Of a DNA stretch of 64,000 nt, positions 12,765 through 25,704 are shown one piece after another. Where the stretch lies: the NCBI GenBank assembly GCA_013265495.1, contig MU058748.1, positions 186,001 through 250,000 on the forward strand, written 5' to 3'. Positions within the stretch are counted from its first letter, which is position 1. The number at the start of each line of letters is the position of its first letter. Origin of the DNA: Vicugna vicugna. Lineage: Eukaryota. Both the position numbers and the translations under genes were made by a program. Under the pieces are notes generated by a model. The model saw nothing but the letters and a program-made list of their open reading frames with translations. It was not told the origin of the DNA and did not search any database.

Positions 12765-12905
12765 CTTTCTGTGTATGTTCTGTTCAATAGCATCATTTCC
12801 TTATTGTAATTGCGATACATACATAGAGGACAAAGAACCAAACCAAATAAAGATATTTCCAATTTAGTGAAAACAGTTTTTCCTGCTGTTAGAAGGGATT
12901 TTATT
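12765..12905 (-). pseudogene. Exon, 141 nt, NKIPSNSRKNCFH*IGNIFIWFGSLSSMYVSQLQ*GNDAIEQNIHRK
   Basis: Strong acceptor ttttctcctctccacag, donor AAG|gtaacg, symmetric phase 0, two TAA in the frame set by its neighbours. Confidence 0.7.
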
Positions 12906-13024
12906 CTGTGGAGAGGAGAAAACTAGTTATCCATACTTTAAATACTCTTCAATTCTCCAGATCTGATAGATGCTCAATGAGATACCCAGTGAATAGTCTT
13001 CTTTCAAGATACAAAGAAAGGGGA

Positions 13025-13796
13025 CAGTCATTGTGGGAAAACAGTGTTTATCAAGAAATTTAAACTATTATTATTATATGATCCAGCAACCCCACTTCTG
13101 AGTATTTATGCAAAGGAAATAAAATCAGTATCTTGAAGAGATACCTGCATGCACATAGTCATTGCAGCATTATTCACAATAGCCAAGACATAGAAACAGC
13201 CTCAGTGTCCTTCAGTGGGGGAATGAATAAAGAAAATGTGGTATATACCTACTTTGGAATATTATTCAACCTTAAAATGAAAGAAATCCTACCATTTGTG
13301 AAAACGTGGAAGAAACTGGAGGACATGCTAAGTGAAATAAGCCAGACACAGGAAAAACAAATACTTCATGATCTCACTTAATGTGTGGAATCTAAAGTAG
13401 TCAAACTCATAGAAGCAGAGAGGAGAAGGGCAGTTCCCAGGGGAGAGTGGGTACAGGGTGGAAAGGGGGAGGTGTTGGGCAAAGAGAACAAAGTTTCGGT
13501 TGTAAACAAGGAAAGATTTTCCCTTCTTCCCCTCTAGGTTCTTTGGCCTAATAATTAAATTGACATAAAACAGTTAATAAAGTAAAAATCTAATTTTACA
13601 TGTTCAGGAATGCCATAAAATACAAGAATCAAAGGCAGGCAGTTGAGACTTCTATACCATCCTGAGCGAAGGAGAAAGGGATAGGAATCTGGGGCTTCAA
13701 AGAGGAGGAAGACAATTCACAGGAAGATGAATAACTTAGTAAACAAATGTTTGTCATGCCATATATATGAAATATATATATATATATGAAGCTTTC

Positions 13797-13839
<43 letters not shown>

Positions 13840-14270
13840 TATAAAAAGCTCTCTTCCTTCCCCCTATCTAAATTCTTTTAGGCAGTTAAGGGAGAGGTAA
13901 GAAGCTTTTCCTGAGTCTGCTGGGGTCTAAACTGCTTTTGGTTGAAAACAATCCTCATGTCAAAGTGACACATTATGGGGATGGCGTATTCTATTCCTCA
14001 CAGTTATGCAAGATGGATGGGTCCTGGAGATCTAATATATAGCATGGTGACTAGTTAATAATACTGTATTGTATACTTGAATTGGGTAAAAGAGTAACTC
14101 TTAAGATGGTGAGGTGATGGTGATACTCATTAGCTTAATTGTGATATATGAGGTGATATATGAGGTGATGGTGATATTCATTAGCTTAATTGTGTGGATC
14201 ATTTTACAGTGCATACATATATCAACACATCAATCTGTGCACCTTAAATATATACAATTCCCATTTTTCA
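13025..14270 (+). mobile_element. L1MA/MB-type LINE-1 3' end, split by a solo LTR
   Basis: cattgcagcattattcacaatagccaaga, atgctaagtgaaataagccagacacag, ttgtatacttgaa; the L1 sequence resumes at 14001. Confidence 0.9.
13501..14000 (-). mobile_element. ERV1-class solo LTR (MER34/MER39-like) with an internal (TA)n(CA)n microsatellite
   Basis: TG...CA ends, 4-bp TSD cggt/cagt; minus strand begins tgaggaatagaatacgccatccccataatgtgtcactttg. Confidence 0.8.
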
Positions 14271-15154
14271 GTAAGACTGAAAATGTAAAGAAAGAGATTT
14301 TAACACAGGAATGAGCATGTTGAACATAAGACCTAAGGTATAGATGCTGGAGAGCTTGAAGTCTGGCTTGGAATTGCATTTGGAAAAGTATTTGCCTGTC
14401 ACTTGTGACAAGTGCCATATAGCCTGGGAGAGTGTCTAGCATTATTGTCAAGAGATGCTGTGGCCAAAGCCAGGGAAATAGGAGTGAAAATCAAACATAA
14501 TGGCTAGTTGACCCCCTAAAAAAGCAAGCTGCAAGTCAACATATGGAAAAGTCGGATGCAGCACTCAGTAAAAGAAAGTTGCCAAGAAAGTGCACAAGGG
14601 TCAAGAAGGAGGCAGACCTGATGGCTTAAAGGAGCTGTAAGGGCTCAGTGAGGAGGTAGGCTTTTGGGGATATTTCATGGATTAAAGCCTCCTACTCAGT
14701 TTCTTTTCTCTCGAACTTCTAGAGAAAAAGATGTTTATGCATGTTTAGGTGTCAGGTCAAAACCACTGCAGCAAGGAAACTTTTTTTAAGTGTCTACTTT
14801 TCAAATCAGAATATGTTAGTCCTGTGAGTGTATCTAATCCATTTATCTACTAGCTGAAGACCTCATATTTTCACGTGAGAGATCCCAACAATCGCCTTTA
14901 CAGAATGCAGAGACCGGAACAAAGCCAACTAAAGGCCTGGTACTAAAGACTAGATGCAGTAGTACATCAGCTCGCTTTACCCCTAAACAACGCTAGGAGA
15001 TTTTTTTTTTTTTTCCATGGGAATGGGCATATGTAGAGGTACTTAATTTATACTTACTTATATTTTTATAGTTTCTTGGATCAAACTGTAAGTTCAACAA
15101 ACACAGATAGTGGTGTAAATGTCTTGGAGCCTCTGCCCATGTGCCAACCATTAC

Positions 15155-15302
15155 TGTTCTGCATTCTAGTGCTGCTCCGGGATGAATCCTGTGTGTTTGG
15201 TATTTTAAAAAGTGGATATTCTTCGTAGTGAGGATACACTTGGGGATATCAGTGTTGATGATCTGACCCTCTTCTTTATCCCCAAGGTTTCTCACTTCAA
15301 CT
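15155..15302 (-). pseudogene. Exon, 148 nt, (R)VEVRNLGDKEEGQIINTDIPKCILTTKNIHFLKYQTHRIHPGAALECRT
   Basis: Acceptor tatcagaacag (a competing AG lies 5 nt upstream), donor ACA|gtaatg, phase 2 to 0, open; lies within ORF 14993-15331. Confidence 0.65.
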
Positions 15303-16514
15303 CTGTTCTGATAGCAATTGGAGTCACACAAATGCTAGTTCTTTTGGCTATGTAATTCACTATTAAAATGATACCACTGGGAATGGTTTATTTGGGGTTT
15401 TTTGTTTGGTTGGTTTTATTTTTTAAAGTCGGTATTTGTGTCTCAAACTCAGAGGTGAAATAAGAATTTTGAATGCAATATTTCAGATTCTGAGTTATAT
15501 GCCACAAATGGGACAAGATATATTGATACATGAAATGCATTTTAATTATTTTCTGAACACAAGAATAAATTTATTATTTCAACTGTAGGCTTGGTGTCAG
15601 GTTAAAAAAGGAAACTGGAATCTAGATTCCTTTAAACAAAAGAACGTAGTTGAGTATTAAAACAGACCTCCCCAGGTGAATTCAGGATGGACAAATACTC
15701 TAACCTTAGCCTGCCTGTGCCCTCTGGGGTCCTGTTATCTTTGCATTTTCCTGAGTTTCTTGCTATAGGTCAAGGTGACATGCAGGACAAACATGTGGAT
15801 AATTAGGTTTTCTTCAGAGACAACCTACCACAACGATGAGTTATGCTCCAGTCTTTGGATTTTAAGAGCCACTCATAAAATGCAGTTTCAAAGGTACTTG
15901 CAATAGACATGTAATTATTTTTCAAAATTTACCCTAATTCAAGGACATCCTTGAATATATCTATCTAAATCAGAGTGTTATGTCTAATATTAGTGTATGC
16001 AATAATGGAAAGACAATATTTATCTCTTCATCCATAATATAAAATAGTTCTTTAGTATCTTAAGAAACATATGGTAATAATATTTTAATATATTTTCTCA
16101 CACCTCATATAACTTTACAGACATAAGCTTATTCTTGGATACCTAAGAATGTCTTGTGGTATCTTGCCTTTATTGAGAATAAGAATAGAGACAGATCTGG
16201 GAAGACAAAGCTGAAGCTCTGTAATTCTAAGTGTTGGGAAACAACCAGAGAATCATTAAACGTAGATACTTAGATAGCTACATAAATGCATGTTACTTTT
16301 TGTTGGGATTTTCACTTAGCGTAGATATGTTGACTTAGCAGCAGAGTTAGAAATGATATAGGTTTTCTTTGTCACAATAATCTTGGACCAGACTACTTCT
16401 GTTCATTCTCACATCCTTGATAGGACTGTGCCTGATTTATACATTCATGGAAGACTCCCCTTTACAGCCTATGATCAGATCTTAGTGTGCCACAGTATAA
16501 ACACTAACTGTTAC

Positions 16515-16533
16515 CTTTCAGAGACAGAGGGGA
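16515..16533 (-). pseudogene. 19-nt microexon (V)PSVSE(R)
   Basis: ttgcttccag|TCCCCTCTGTCTCTGAAAG|gtaaca; bridges phase 1 to phase 2 exactly as the flanking exons need. Confidence 0.6.
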
Positions 16534-16554
16534 CTGGAAGCAACATTTAAGCCA

Positions 16555-16750
16555 GGCAGTGTAGCGTAATAAGAGGAATTTGGGCTCTGCATTCAGAAAA
16601 CCTATGTTTGAATGCCAGGTTTACTGATTGCTGCTGGCTGAATGATCTGTCCTGCCACTTATTCTCTCTGCTGTCTCCTTTTCAGAACTCCCCTTAAACA
16701 TCAGAGATAGCTTCTGTAGCAGGCTTAAGATCATGCCAGGTACATAGTAG
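16555..16750 (+). mobile_element. MIR SINE
   Basis: ggcagtgtagcgtaa ... gggctctg ... tgccaggtacatagtagatgc. Confidence 0.6.
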
Positions 16751-17299
16751 ATGCCCCTTACTCCGTTTACCTTGTTCTTTAAAATATTTTCGCTTTTCTT
16801 TTTGACGTTCGAGAGACCTGGAAGAACAATTGTGTGCCAGTGGAACTGGGCAGATGTGTGAGATTGATTTGCTTGTCTGTGGGAACCAATCTTTTAGTGT
16901 TGATAAGATTCATACAAGATTACACAGAAAAAAAGTGCATTCCTCGGTAAAAACACATACCTTAAGCAAACAATCGAGAAAACACTTGCATTTGGAAAGA
17001 AAGTCTATATTCCTCTTGATAGAACATATCAAGACTTGCCATCTATACAAGTAATGACTTATTAGACAGTGAAGTTGACTAGTTGACCAGTTTGAGGAAG
17101 GCAGTCCCAGAACATGTGGTGTCATAGATGATTTAGTTCCACAAGAGTTCTGGCCATTTGGCTCTGTAGGTAGATACCCAAGAGGGTTTGTCTGCACTGA
17201 GGCTCGGCTCTTAGTTGTCCTCCTGATGATTTCCTGGCTGTCACCACTCAGCAGGGGCCTGCAGGCTGTTGCTAATTTTGTTCACTTGTTGTCTTATAC

Positions 17300-17421
17300 C
17301 ATCTCCTGAGATGGCCCATAATCTGTTATCCAAAGTGACGGTGCCTCTCATTCCTGACCATTTTTTTAATTCCTTCGGACTATTTAAGGATATGATGACC
17401 TTTTCCCATGTATAAATGAGC
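17300..17421 (-). pseudogene. Exon, 122 nt, (R)LIYTWEKVIISLNSPKELKKWSGMRGTVTLDNRLWAISGD
   Basis: Acceptor ttatttctcag, donor ATG|gtataa, phase 2 to 1, open. Confidence 0.7.
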
Positions 17422-17569
17422 CTGAGAAATAATTATATTTTAGAATTACACTGAGCTGAGCTGTCCATTTATTCCTAGGTTGTCTCAAGTTTCACTCCTT
17501 TAAGGAGATGAATTCCCTTAGCTTCTGGCAGCCTAACTGGATTCTGCAGATGGTGCTCAATGGCATTAC

Positions 17570-17626
17570 CTACTTGATACATTTAGCTTGATACCATGAA
17601 GTATTATTGTATCTCCCTGTAGCTTC
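17570..17626 (-). pseudogene. Exon, 57 nt, (R)KLQGDTIILHGIKLNVSS(R)
   Basis: Acceptor ctatccctattag, donor TAG|gtaatg, phase 2 to 2, open. Confidence 0.6.
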
Positions 17627-17776
17627 CTAATAGGGATAGATAACATTTATACATGATAAGCATATGTTAAAATACAGGGAAAATATTTTAAGCCAGGTCT
17701 GGGCCATGCATGTCTTTTTTTGTTTAGATCTTCCTGGAGTCCTCAGAAATATCTGTGCTCAAAAAGATTGGCTTAC

Positions 17777-17820
17777 CTAGTGATGCTGTCAAGTTCTCAC
17801 TCATATACTGGGGGCTTGGG
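17777..17820 (-). pseudogene. Exon, 44 nt, PKPPVYE*ELDSIT(R)
   Basis: Acceptor tctatgtcag, donor TAG|gtaagc, phase 0 to 2, one TGA. Confidence 0.55.
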
Positions 17821-19549
17821 CTGACATAGACTAATGAGAACTTTTCCTGACATAAATACTTAATCCCTTGTGGAAGAGATTGGAGGACGAACAAAACTTA
17901 TGAACCAAAGTTTGTTGGGTTCACCTTTTCCTAAAATGAGAAGCCTAGAAGACGTAAAAAGTTGTCATCAAGTAAGAATAATTAAAACATGTACTGACAG
18001 TCCTAAGAGGTTTCTGAGGTCTTTAAGATTAATATGGAAGTCTATAAAATTTTACTATTTCTATTATATACTCTGTGTGTAGAACATTTTTTTCTGGGGC
18101 TTTCTGTCTTGTCATGTCCAGGTTTATGTCCAATTTTAGTTTTATTTTGTTAAAAATTGCATTCCTCTGTTATTTTGCATATATCTTCCCAACCAGCATA
18201 TTTTTACCTTTCCGTTTAGGTAAGACAGTCTTTCTGACACCTTCAATACACAGGGATAGACACTGCATTATAGGTGTGCTCTTAAGATGTCGTAAGTCTC
18301 ATATGATTCAGTATGCTAAACTCTGTACTGCCTTGATTCTGGAGTAATTGAAAATCAGCATTTCTTTGTGATGCAACCAAATTGTACAAAATAATGAAGA
18401 GAATCCTGAAGGCATGTAATTATAGGAATTGGTGCCATCTATTTAGAAACATTCAGAGAATATGAAGTAAGCAGAGGTTTGGATTTAAAACAAGCTTTTA
18501 CTATTGAAAGGAGATGATTGGTGACTTTTGAGATATTCTTTGTATTTTAAAGAATTGGGGATGATTTTTATTCACTCATAGAGTTAATACTTAATGCAGA
18601 TCATTACCCTGGGTTTATCAATTTGATGCATATTTGATTATAAATGATACTAAGCATACTCATTGATACACATTTGGGGTTAACTATAAAATGTGGGATC
18701 TAGAATGTGATTGCATAAGATTATAAAATCAAATCTCGTAAAATAATAAGCCATTTTGTTTAATTTTGCAACCATTTTGACATACTTATCCCTGAATAGA
18801 ATGACTTTTTGGTATGACTGGAATGACTAATTAAAAAGCATATTAGCTACTGAACTGATGGCATTGAATTTCCAAATGTGGCCTCTTCAGTATACAGTAA
18901 GTCTGAATATATTGGTTTTTTTTAACTTCTCAACTCTCCTGGGACCTTCAGAGATGTATTTTATATTAAGAGTAATTATATAAGCAATACTGTGTTTTGA
19001 CAGATTTGCAGACAGAAACAGGATATAAACAAGTTTCTATACATAAGCATTGTTTTTTCACATTTCAAATTTGTCAGTAATAGCAAATCATAAGTTCTAA
19101 ACTTTAAAATGGTTACTTAGCCTAAAATTCTCAAATTTTCTACAATTAAAGAACAAAGAAACAATCTTCTAATTTGTTAGCAGTAATTATCTATCGGCCT
19201 CATTCTTATATAAATAGGGAATAATTTTGTGCATACAGATTGGTCATATAACATAGGTTTTCCCTAGACATGGAAGGAAAATTGTTTTTTAAGAATGAAT
19301 TTGCAATCTGGAAATGCAGAAGTGTTGATTCATCTTACATAGGTGAGCAATTTATTGCAAAGGACAATGTTTCACTCTGATTTTATTGAACTTAGTATTT
19401 GTGGAAAAGGCAACTTGTGTTTGATTCCTGACAAGTGAGGACAGTAGGACTAGCTTAGCCAGATCCTTATATTGCCTATGGAATTATGTCTCCTTTTTTT
19501 TTTATGTAGCTAAAAACTCTGTTTCAATTTTTTAATTACATTAAACCAT

Positions 19550-22500
19550 TGTCATTTTTAAAAAACAATTTTATCAAGTAGTCTATACATAGGTTAAAGT
19601 TAAATAGTACCACACAATTCATAATGAAACAGGTTAGTTCTCAGTCCGCTTCTCCCTAAAAATTATTCGGACAACCTAGTATCAGCTAATTTTATTCCAG
19701 CTTCTCCTGGAAGCATTTACACGTAGCTCTTTTTTTTTGCCCCCCAGTATTGGACACTATTCATACTTCTCTGAAAAATGAGGATTTAACTTGGATATTC
19801 CTTTACAAACTCCCAGCACACTTTGCTTCATCCCATTCTCCTAATGCTTTAATACGATGTGTTTTTAATTTACCATACTCTCACTGTGTAAACATAATAC
19901 CTATCTCAACCACATGGCTTTTATGATTATTTTTCTTGTATTTCAGAGCTCTTTATAAATCTGGAGTTAAAAAAAAGGTTGCAGTGAATCTATTTTATTC
20001 TTAAACCCTTCAATGACTTCCATTTTGTTTTTCAATACCTTTCTCTTTTCTCCTCTTAGCTTCGCTTGCTCCCTAAACCTACTGCATTTCTGGAGACTTA
20101 GTACTTGATGTCATCTTAGTCTAGAAAATCCTTTTAACTTATTGCCTTTGTTGGGTGTCCTCCTTAAGGAGTTTACTAAAGAAGCATGTTTAGGAATTAG
20201 TCATTCTGAAATACTATCTAACATATCTTTATTCTGCTTTCACCCTTGAGTATGGAGTGTCTGTATATGAAATTCTTAGGTGTAAATAGTTTTCCCTTCA
20301 AATTTTGAAGTCATTTCTTCATTGTCTCCTTGGCTCTTGTGATACACAAGTTTAATTCTTAATGATTTCTAACTTTATATACTTGGTAAGAAAACCCTTA
20401 CCAGTTTTACCTTTACCAGTGCCTTCAGAAGGTACAGTATAATTTCTTACCCTTTTTGTTGTTTAATATCATTATTATGTCAGTTGGGCTATATTATTGA
20501 TGTTGTTCATTGCATATGACACTTGTTGATTGCTTTTAAACTGCAATATCACATCTCTAGATCAGAGTTCTAGAAAATTTCCTTTATTTCTTTGATAATT
20601 TTATGTATGTATTCTGTTTCAGTTAGCACAGTTGGCCACTGCTAGGTAACAGATGGTCCCAAAACTTAGAATTGTACAACAATGTGTATTTGTTGTTTCT
20701 CACTGCTCTGCTTTCTTAATGTTGCTTGACTGACTTGACACGGTTTAGCTGAATGGCTCTGCTGTAACTACAGGTCTGTGAGCAGACTAGTGGGACTATC
20801 TCCCTGTGTCTCTGAGTGGTAGGCTAGCTAGGTGTGTTCCTCACATGGCAATGGCAGGTGTACAAGCAGGCTTAGAGCTAACACACTGTCCTTTCCATCA
20901 TATTACAATGGTGGAGAAGTACACTTCACCATGATGAGACCATAGCAAGTGTGTGCATGTAGAGGACGAATGAACTGAGGCCAGTAATGCAATCTACCAC
21001 ACTTTGGAAATCATATACATTGGATCATGTATCTCTTTCTGGACTATGTTTCTCTCCTTTTTTCCATTATGCTACATTTTGGGAGATTCCCTTTGACATT
21101 ATTTTAACCTTTCAACTGATTTTTCTCTATCATTAAAAAAAATTCTCAAGAATGCTTTCTTATTCTATGAATGTTTTATTTTTATGGTACCTTGTTTTTA
21201 TTGTATGGAATATTTTTGTGTCTGAGAATGTTAACTGTGTGTGTATACATATTTTGAGACGTGTGTGTGTGTATAATACATAGATATATTTTTGAGGTAC
21301 TGTTTTGCTCCTTAACGTTACTATTTCTTCAGGATTTCTTTTTTCTGTTTCTGTTGGTGTGGCTGTTTTTTATCTGCCTTTCATGTTGAAGGTCTTAAGT
21401 ATCTGGTGATCCTCATTAATTCATTTGCATTTAAGACTGAGAGATAAAAAGTTAATGTAAACCCTACATATAGGTGTAGTTGCAAACTGGTGACATCTGG
21501 CAGAGGTGATTCCTCCTAATTTGCTGTTTGCAGGTAAAGGCTGGCTACCATTATTGTAGGCTCTACGCGATGGAAAAAGAGTCTTTGGTACCCCATTGTT
21601 TGATATGAAAATTTCAGTTAAACTTCTTATTTCTTAATATATCCCCTCTGCTAAGCCTGACATTCCTCAGGTTCAGGTATTCTCTGGTTCTGTTGTTTTT
21701 TTCCAAAGAATAACTTTACTCACATCTTTTAAAGTGGAGGAGGGTTAGTTTTATTACTGCTTAGAGTGAGTCAAAGAGTTATGAAGTCCCAACTACAAAG
21801 TTGCACTTGATTTTCCTATTTTCAGCCCCAGCTCATGACCTGTACTTGGGAGCATATCACATCTCCATTTGTGAAATCTTTGGTATTATAATGTATTTTT
21901 GTACTTGAGTTCTTTTTGGCAAAGCTTGATTGGATGAAGAGAGAAATACATGTCTTCATTTCTTATCTCATTTACTTGAAGCCCAAACAATTCTTATTGT
22001 TATATAAGACAAATCACAAGAAGAATACAATCTATTTCAGCTGTTTTATAGCAGATTTATTTTTCTATGTCTATTTAATGCAACAGTGACTTTGTTATCT
22101 GAGCGGGTGCTATTAATATCTCTGTTTTAAAGATGAAGCAACTGAAGTTCAGAAAGGTTGAATAACTTGGCCTGTGTCTCGTAAGTGTACCGGCAAGGAT
22201 GAAATGGAGATCTGATTCTCATTTCAATTTCTGGTGACAGAAAGGGATTGAGTGTTTTTTCTCTGGTTGGGAATCTTCATCCCTTTTTACTCACTGTACT
22301 TGAGGTAATTCTCCAGGGATGCAGAAAAGAAGCAAGAAAATCAAGGTGTTCAGACACTAATCTAGAAACTTAAACAGACTTCTCTGCCTCATTAAGCAAA
22401 CACTGAAGAAAGAAAAATAAAACAAGAACAAGCCATTAATACTGATATTACATGTTCACCATTTCTATATATTTTCAAACTTAGACATCCCAATAGGTAT

Positions 22501-24050
22501 GATTGGAACTTTAAGTACGAATGAAGCTGTCAAAAAAAAAAAGGGAAAATTAATCTTTGTCAATATCTCCATTAAATGCTATGCATTCTTGCCTATAGTA
22601 CAAATATAGACTATTTTACATTTAAAATATTGCCAGCTTAACTCCTACTTTTCCTCTTCATCAATCATAGGGTAGATATGTGTTTAAACAGACTGTTTTA
22701 CTGTGTTTTCAACAAAATTGCCAACTAATGTGTTACTCAACAGTTTGCCATTTTGAAACAAATTGATAGAAGAAGACTGCCACTTTTAATATTTAAAGCT
22801 CCAGTCAAATGAGAGACGAATCATGGAGAATACTCAGAACACTTCCCTTTTGCTCATTTCTCAAGTGCTAGATTTTAGATTTCTTCCTTCTGCTTGGGGT
22901 AGAAATTCTAATCTCCAATAAACTTTAGCAATTTCTGCAGTTTACTTTAAGCAGCCCAAAATAAATATTTTATCTTTTAAAAATTTTACTTGAATTATAA
23001 TCAATGAATAATGATTTTTTTATTTCTCCTTTGGTATGATTACTGTATGTGAATGGCTGATTCTAGATACATCTTCCACATTCCTAAATAAACCTAAATT
23101 TAAATTAACAGGACATCACCTTTATTTTTAAAGGCATTTTTAATTTTTAAAAATGCAATTAATTAGTAATTTTTAGAAAGCAGGTGACTTTTATTGATTT
23201 ACAAGCATATACACATGTCTATTAAAGTAGAAAGGACTATGAAAATTAAAAGAAAAATACTACCACTCTCTCATCGTGTCCATCAAAATAACCAGTGAAT
23301 TCTAAAATGTTTTCTCTATTTATCCTTGGTTTTCTCTACATATTCTGGATTTCATGTTGTATTTTTGTATTTACACGTATGGACACATAATGACTCTTAC
23401 CCTCACCTTTGTTTTAATCTCGAATCTTGAGCTACATTTATTTAATTTGATTTTGCCTGTGTCTCCTTAATCACCTTTAATGGAATGAGGGCCATTCTCT
23501 AGCAGAATCTTGGAGGTGGCACTTGAGCATATCTTTCTTGAATGTTGGCACATTAGAATGGTAATTTAGACTTTACCTTAAAGTTCAGCCTGGGTGAATA
23601 TATACTTGCCTGATACTTCTTTCCTTGGATTTTTTCTCTCATTACTCCCCTGCTGTCATATCTTGTATGTTGCTGTCCAACATCCTGATACACATGTTAC
23701 TTTCTTTCCTTTGTGACTTGGTATTTTTTACTTGGAGGTGTTTATATTTTGACTATTCAAGGCAAATTTCCCCTGATATGTGGTGGAAACTTTCATAATG
23801 TAAATTTAAGCCACCACCCCATTCCAGGAAGGTTTTCTCGAGTTACTGGTTTTAGTATAATTTTGTTCAGAACCATGCTTTAATATCCATCATTTTTTTC
23901 TGTGACAGTTTTAAACCTATGACTTTTTTCTATTTCTCAGCCCTCTCTATTTCTATACTCAGTGTGCCTTACTGTACTCCTAGTTTTATCTGTTTGTGCT
24001 CAAGTATCTTTTAATTTTTTTCCTGTGTTAAATCACCTATATTTTACCTC
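19550..24050 (-). mobile_element. Highly degraded old L1 (L1ME-like) fragments, interrupted by an MLT1-like LTR at about 20610-21001 and by unique or MIR sequence
   Basis: T-rich antisense L1-like text (tatctttattctgctttcacc, gttttcccttcaaattttgaag); the LTR ends aatctaccaca. Confidence 0.55.
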
Positions 24051-24361
24051 TTCCTAATGTTGGCTTACTTACGGAGAATAAACCTGCAGCAATTACTCAT
24101 GACATTGTGACTAATGGAATCAAGGCAAAAGTTTATCACTTGAACAATTATACTTTAGCCTCATTGGTAGATCTTTATATAATATGGATATAAAACGAAG
24201 CAGATACTAAACTGATTACTGATGTTTCTACTTTAAATTTTTTACTATTATAACTTGTATTTTTATCTACTTTAATTAAAAATTATACAAATTTTAAAGG
24301 TGACTTTCCACTTACGGTTATTACAAAATATTGGCTATATTCTCTGTGTTCTGCACTCTTA

Positions 24362-24962
24362 GGGGGAACCCCTAGAACATAAAGCTTTGGTGGTGAGAAG
24401 AGAGTGCACTGCTGGAATGCTTAGGATGTCTCCTATAGAAAGCCTCTTCTCTGAGGCTGAGAAATATAACTAACCTACAATATACGTAAAAATGCAAATA
24501 GCAACTTAGACAAAATAAGATAGCAAAGGAACATATTGCAGAAAAAGGAATGAGATAAAACCCCATAAGAACAACTAAGTGAAGTGAAAGTAGGCAATCT
24601 ACCTAAGAAAGAGTGCAGAGCAACAATTGTAAAGATGATCGAAGAACTTGGGAGAATGATCGATGTGTAGAATGAGATGTTAGGAGTTTTAGCAAGGTGT
24701 TAGAAAATACAAAGGACAACCAAACAAATGAAGAATGCAATAACTGAAGTGTAAAATACACTGGAAGGAGTCAATAGGAGGTGAAATGGAACAGGAATGG
24801 ATCACTGAGCTGGCAGTCAGAGTAGGGGCAATCACTCTAGCTGAACAGTAAAAATAAAAAAGAATGAAAAGTAATGAGGACAGTGGAAGAGAGTGCTGGG
24901 ACAGCATCAGGGACACTAATACCCGTATTATAGGGATCCCAGAAGGAGAGGAGAGAGAACAA
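24362..24962 (+). mobile_element. LINE-1 5'UTR/ORF1 fragment (disrupted)
   Basis: ORF1-like aagaatgcaataactgaa ... attatagggatcccagaaggagaggagagagaa. Confidence 0.8.
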
Positions 24963-25529
24963 GCCTCTCTCATATCAGTCTTTTGAAATTCCCTGTCTAC
25001 TGTTGTAATTATTGTGTTTATTCATAAATATCCGTGAAACTATAATTGAAACAAGGAGAAGTACAGAAAACAATGGCTGGTACATTATTATGGAAGAATA
25101 CATGGAATTCATTTTATTTGAGAGTAAGATTTGAGAAACCAATTTCTTTTCTCTTATAAGCATTCTCACCACCCAAATCTTTCCTGTTTGCCAAACCAGT
25201 ACCCGGTATTAGTGGTAGCACCACCCACAGGCATTCACAGCACTGAGATGCAGTTTTACGTTTTGAGGACATTTGGCAAGTGACAATAGTATTTCTCTGT
25301 GCCCTGAAAAATGTTAGTCAACACAGTGGATGCTTGGAACTAGGAGTTGCATTGTGCCAGAAGTGAGAGCCAGACAGACATCCTGAGCTGTTTAATTTAT
25401 GTTTCAGTAGGTTTGTGATACCTGAGACCTTTCACTGCACAAGACCTGAGACAGGAGCCACTTTTCCCAGGTCTAAGAGTAGTACCAGCCATTGGCCAAC
25501 TTCCAGTTTCTGATCTTGATTGGAGTAGA

Positions 25530-25663
25530 GGAAGTAGGGAGAATTTACAAAAGCTATAGGATCTTCAGTTATGAGATCTGAGGATCTAACAAATAACATG
25601 GTAACAACAGTTGACAACACTGTATTGTATAATAAAATTGATAAAAGAATAGAACTCAGATGT

Positions 25664-25704
<41 letters not shown>

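Noticed and set aside
13133..13381. 82-aa ORF
   Set aside because: Degenerate L1 ORF2/3' end.
18208..18405. Possible minus-strand exon ending AAG|gtaaaa
   Set aside because: Stops in all three frames and an ambiguous acceptor; it could be a badly eroded exon but I cannot support it.
22295..22950. Possible minus-strand exon remnants at about 22295-22318 and 22835-22945
   Set aside because: No intact YAG acceptor or good donor pair; frames are ambiguous.
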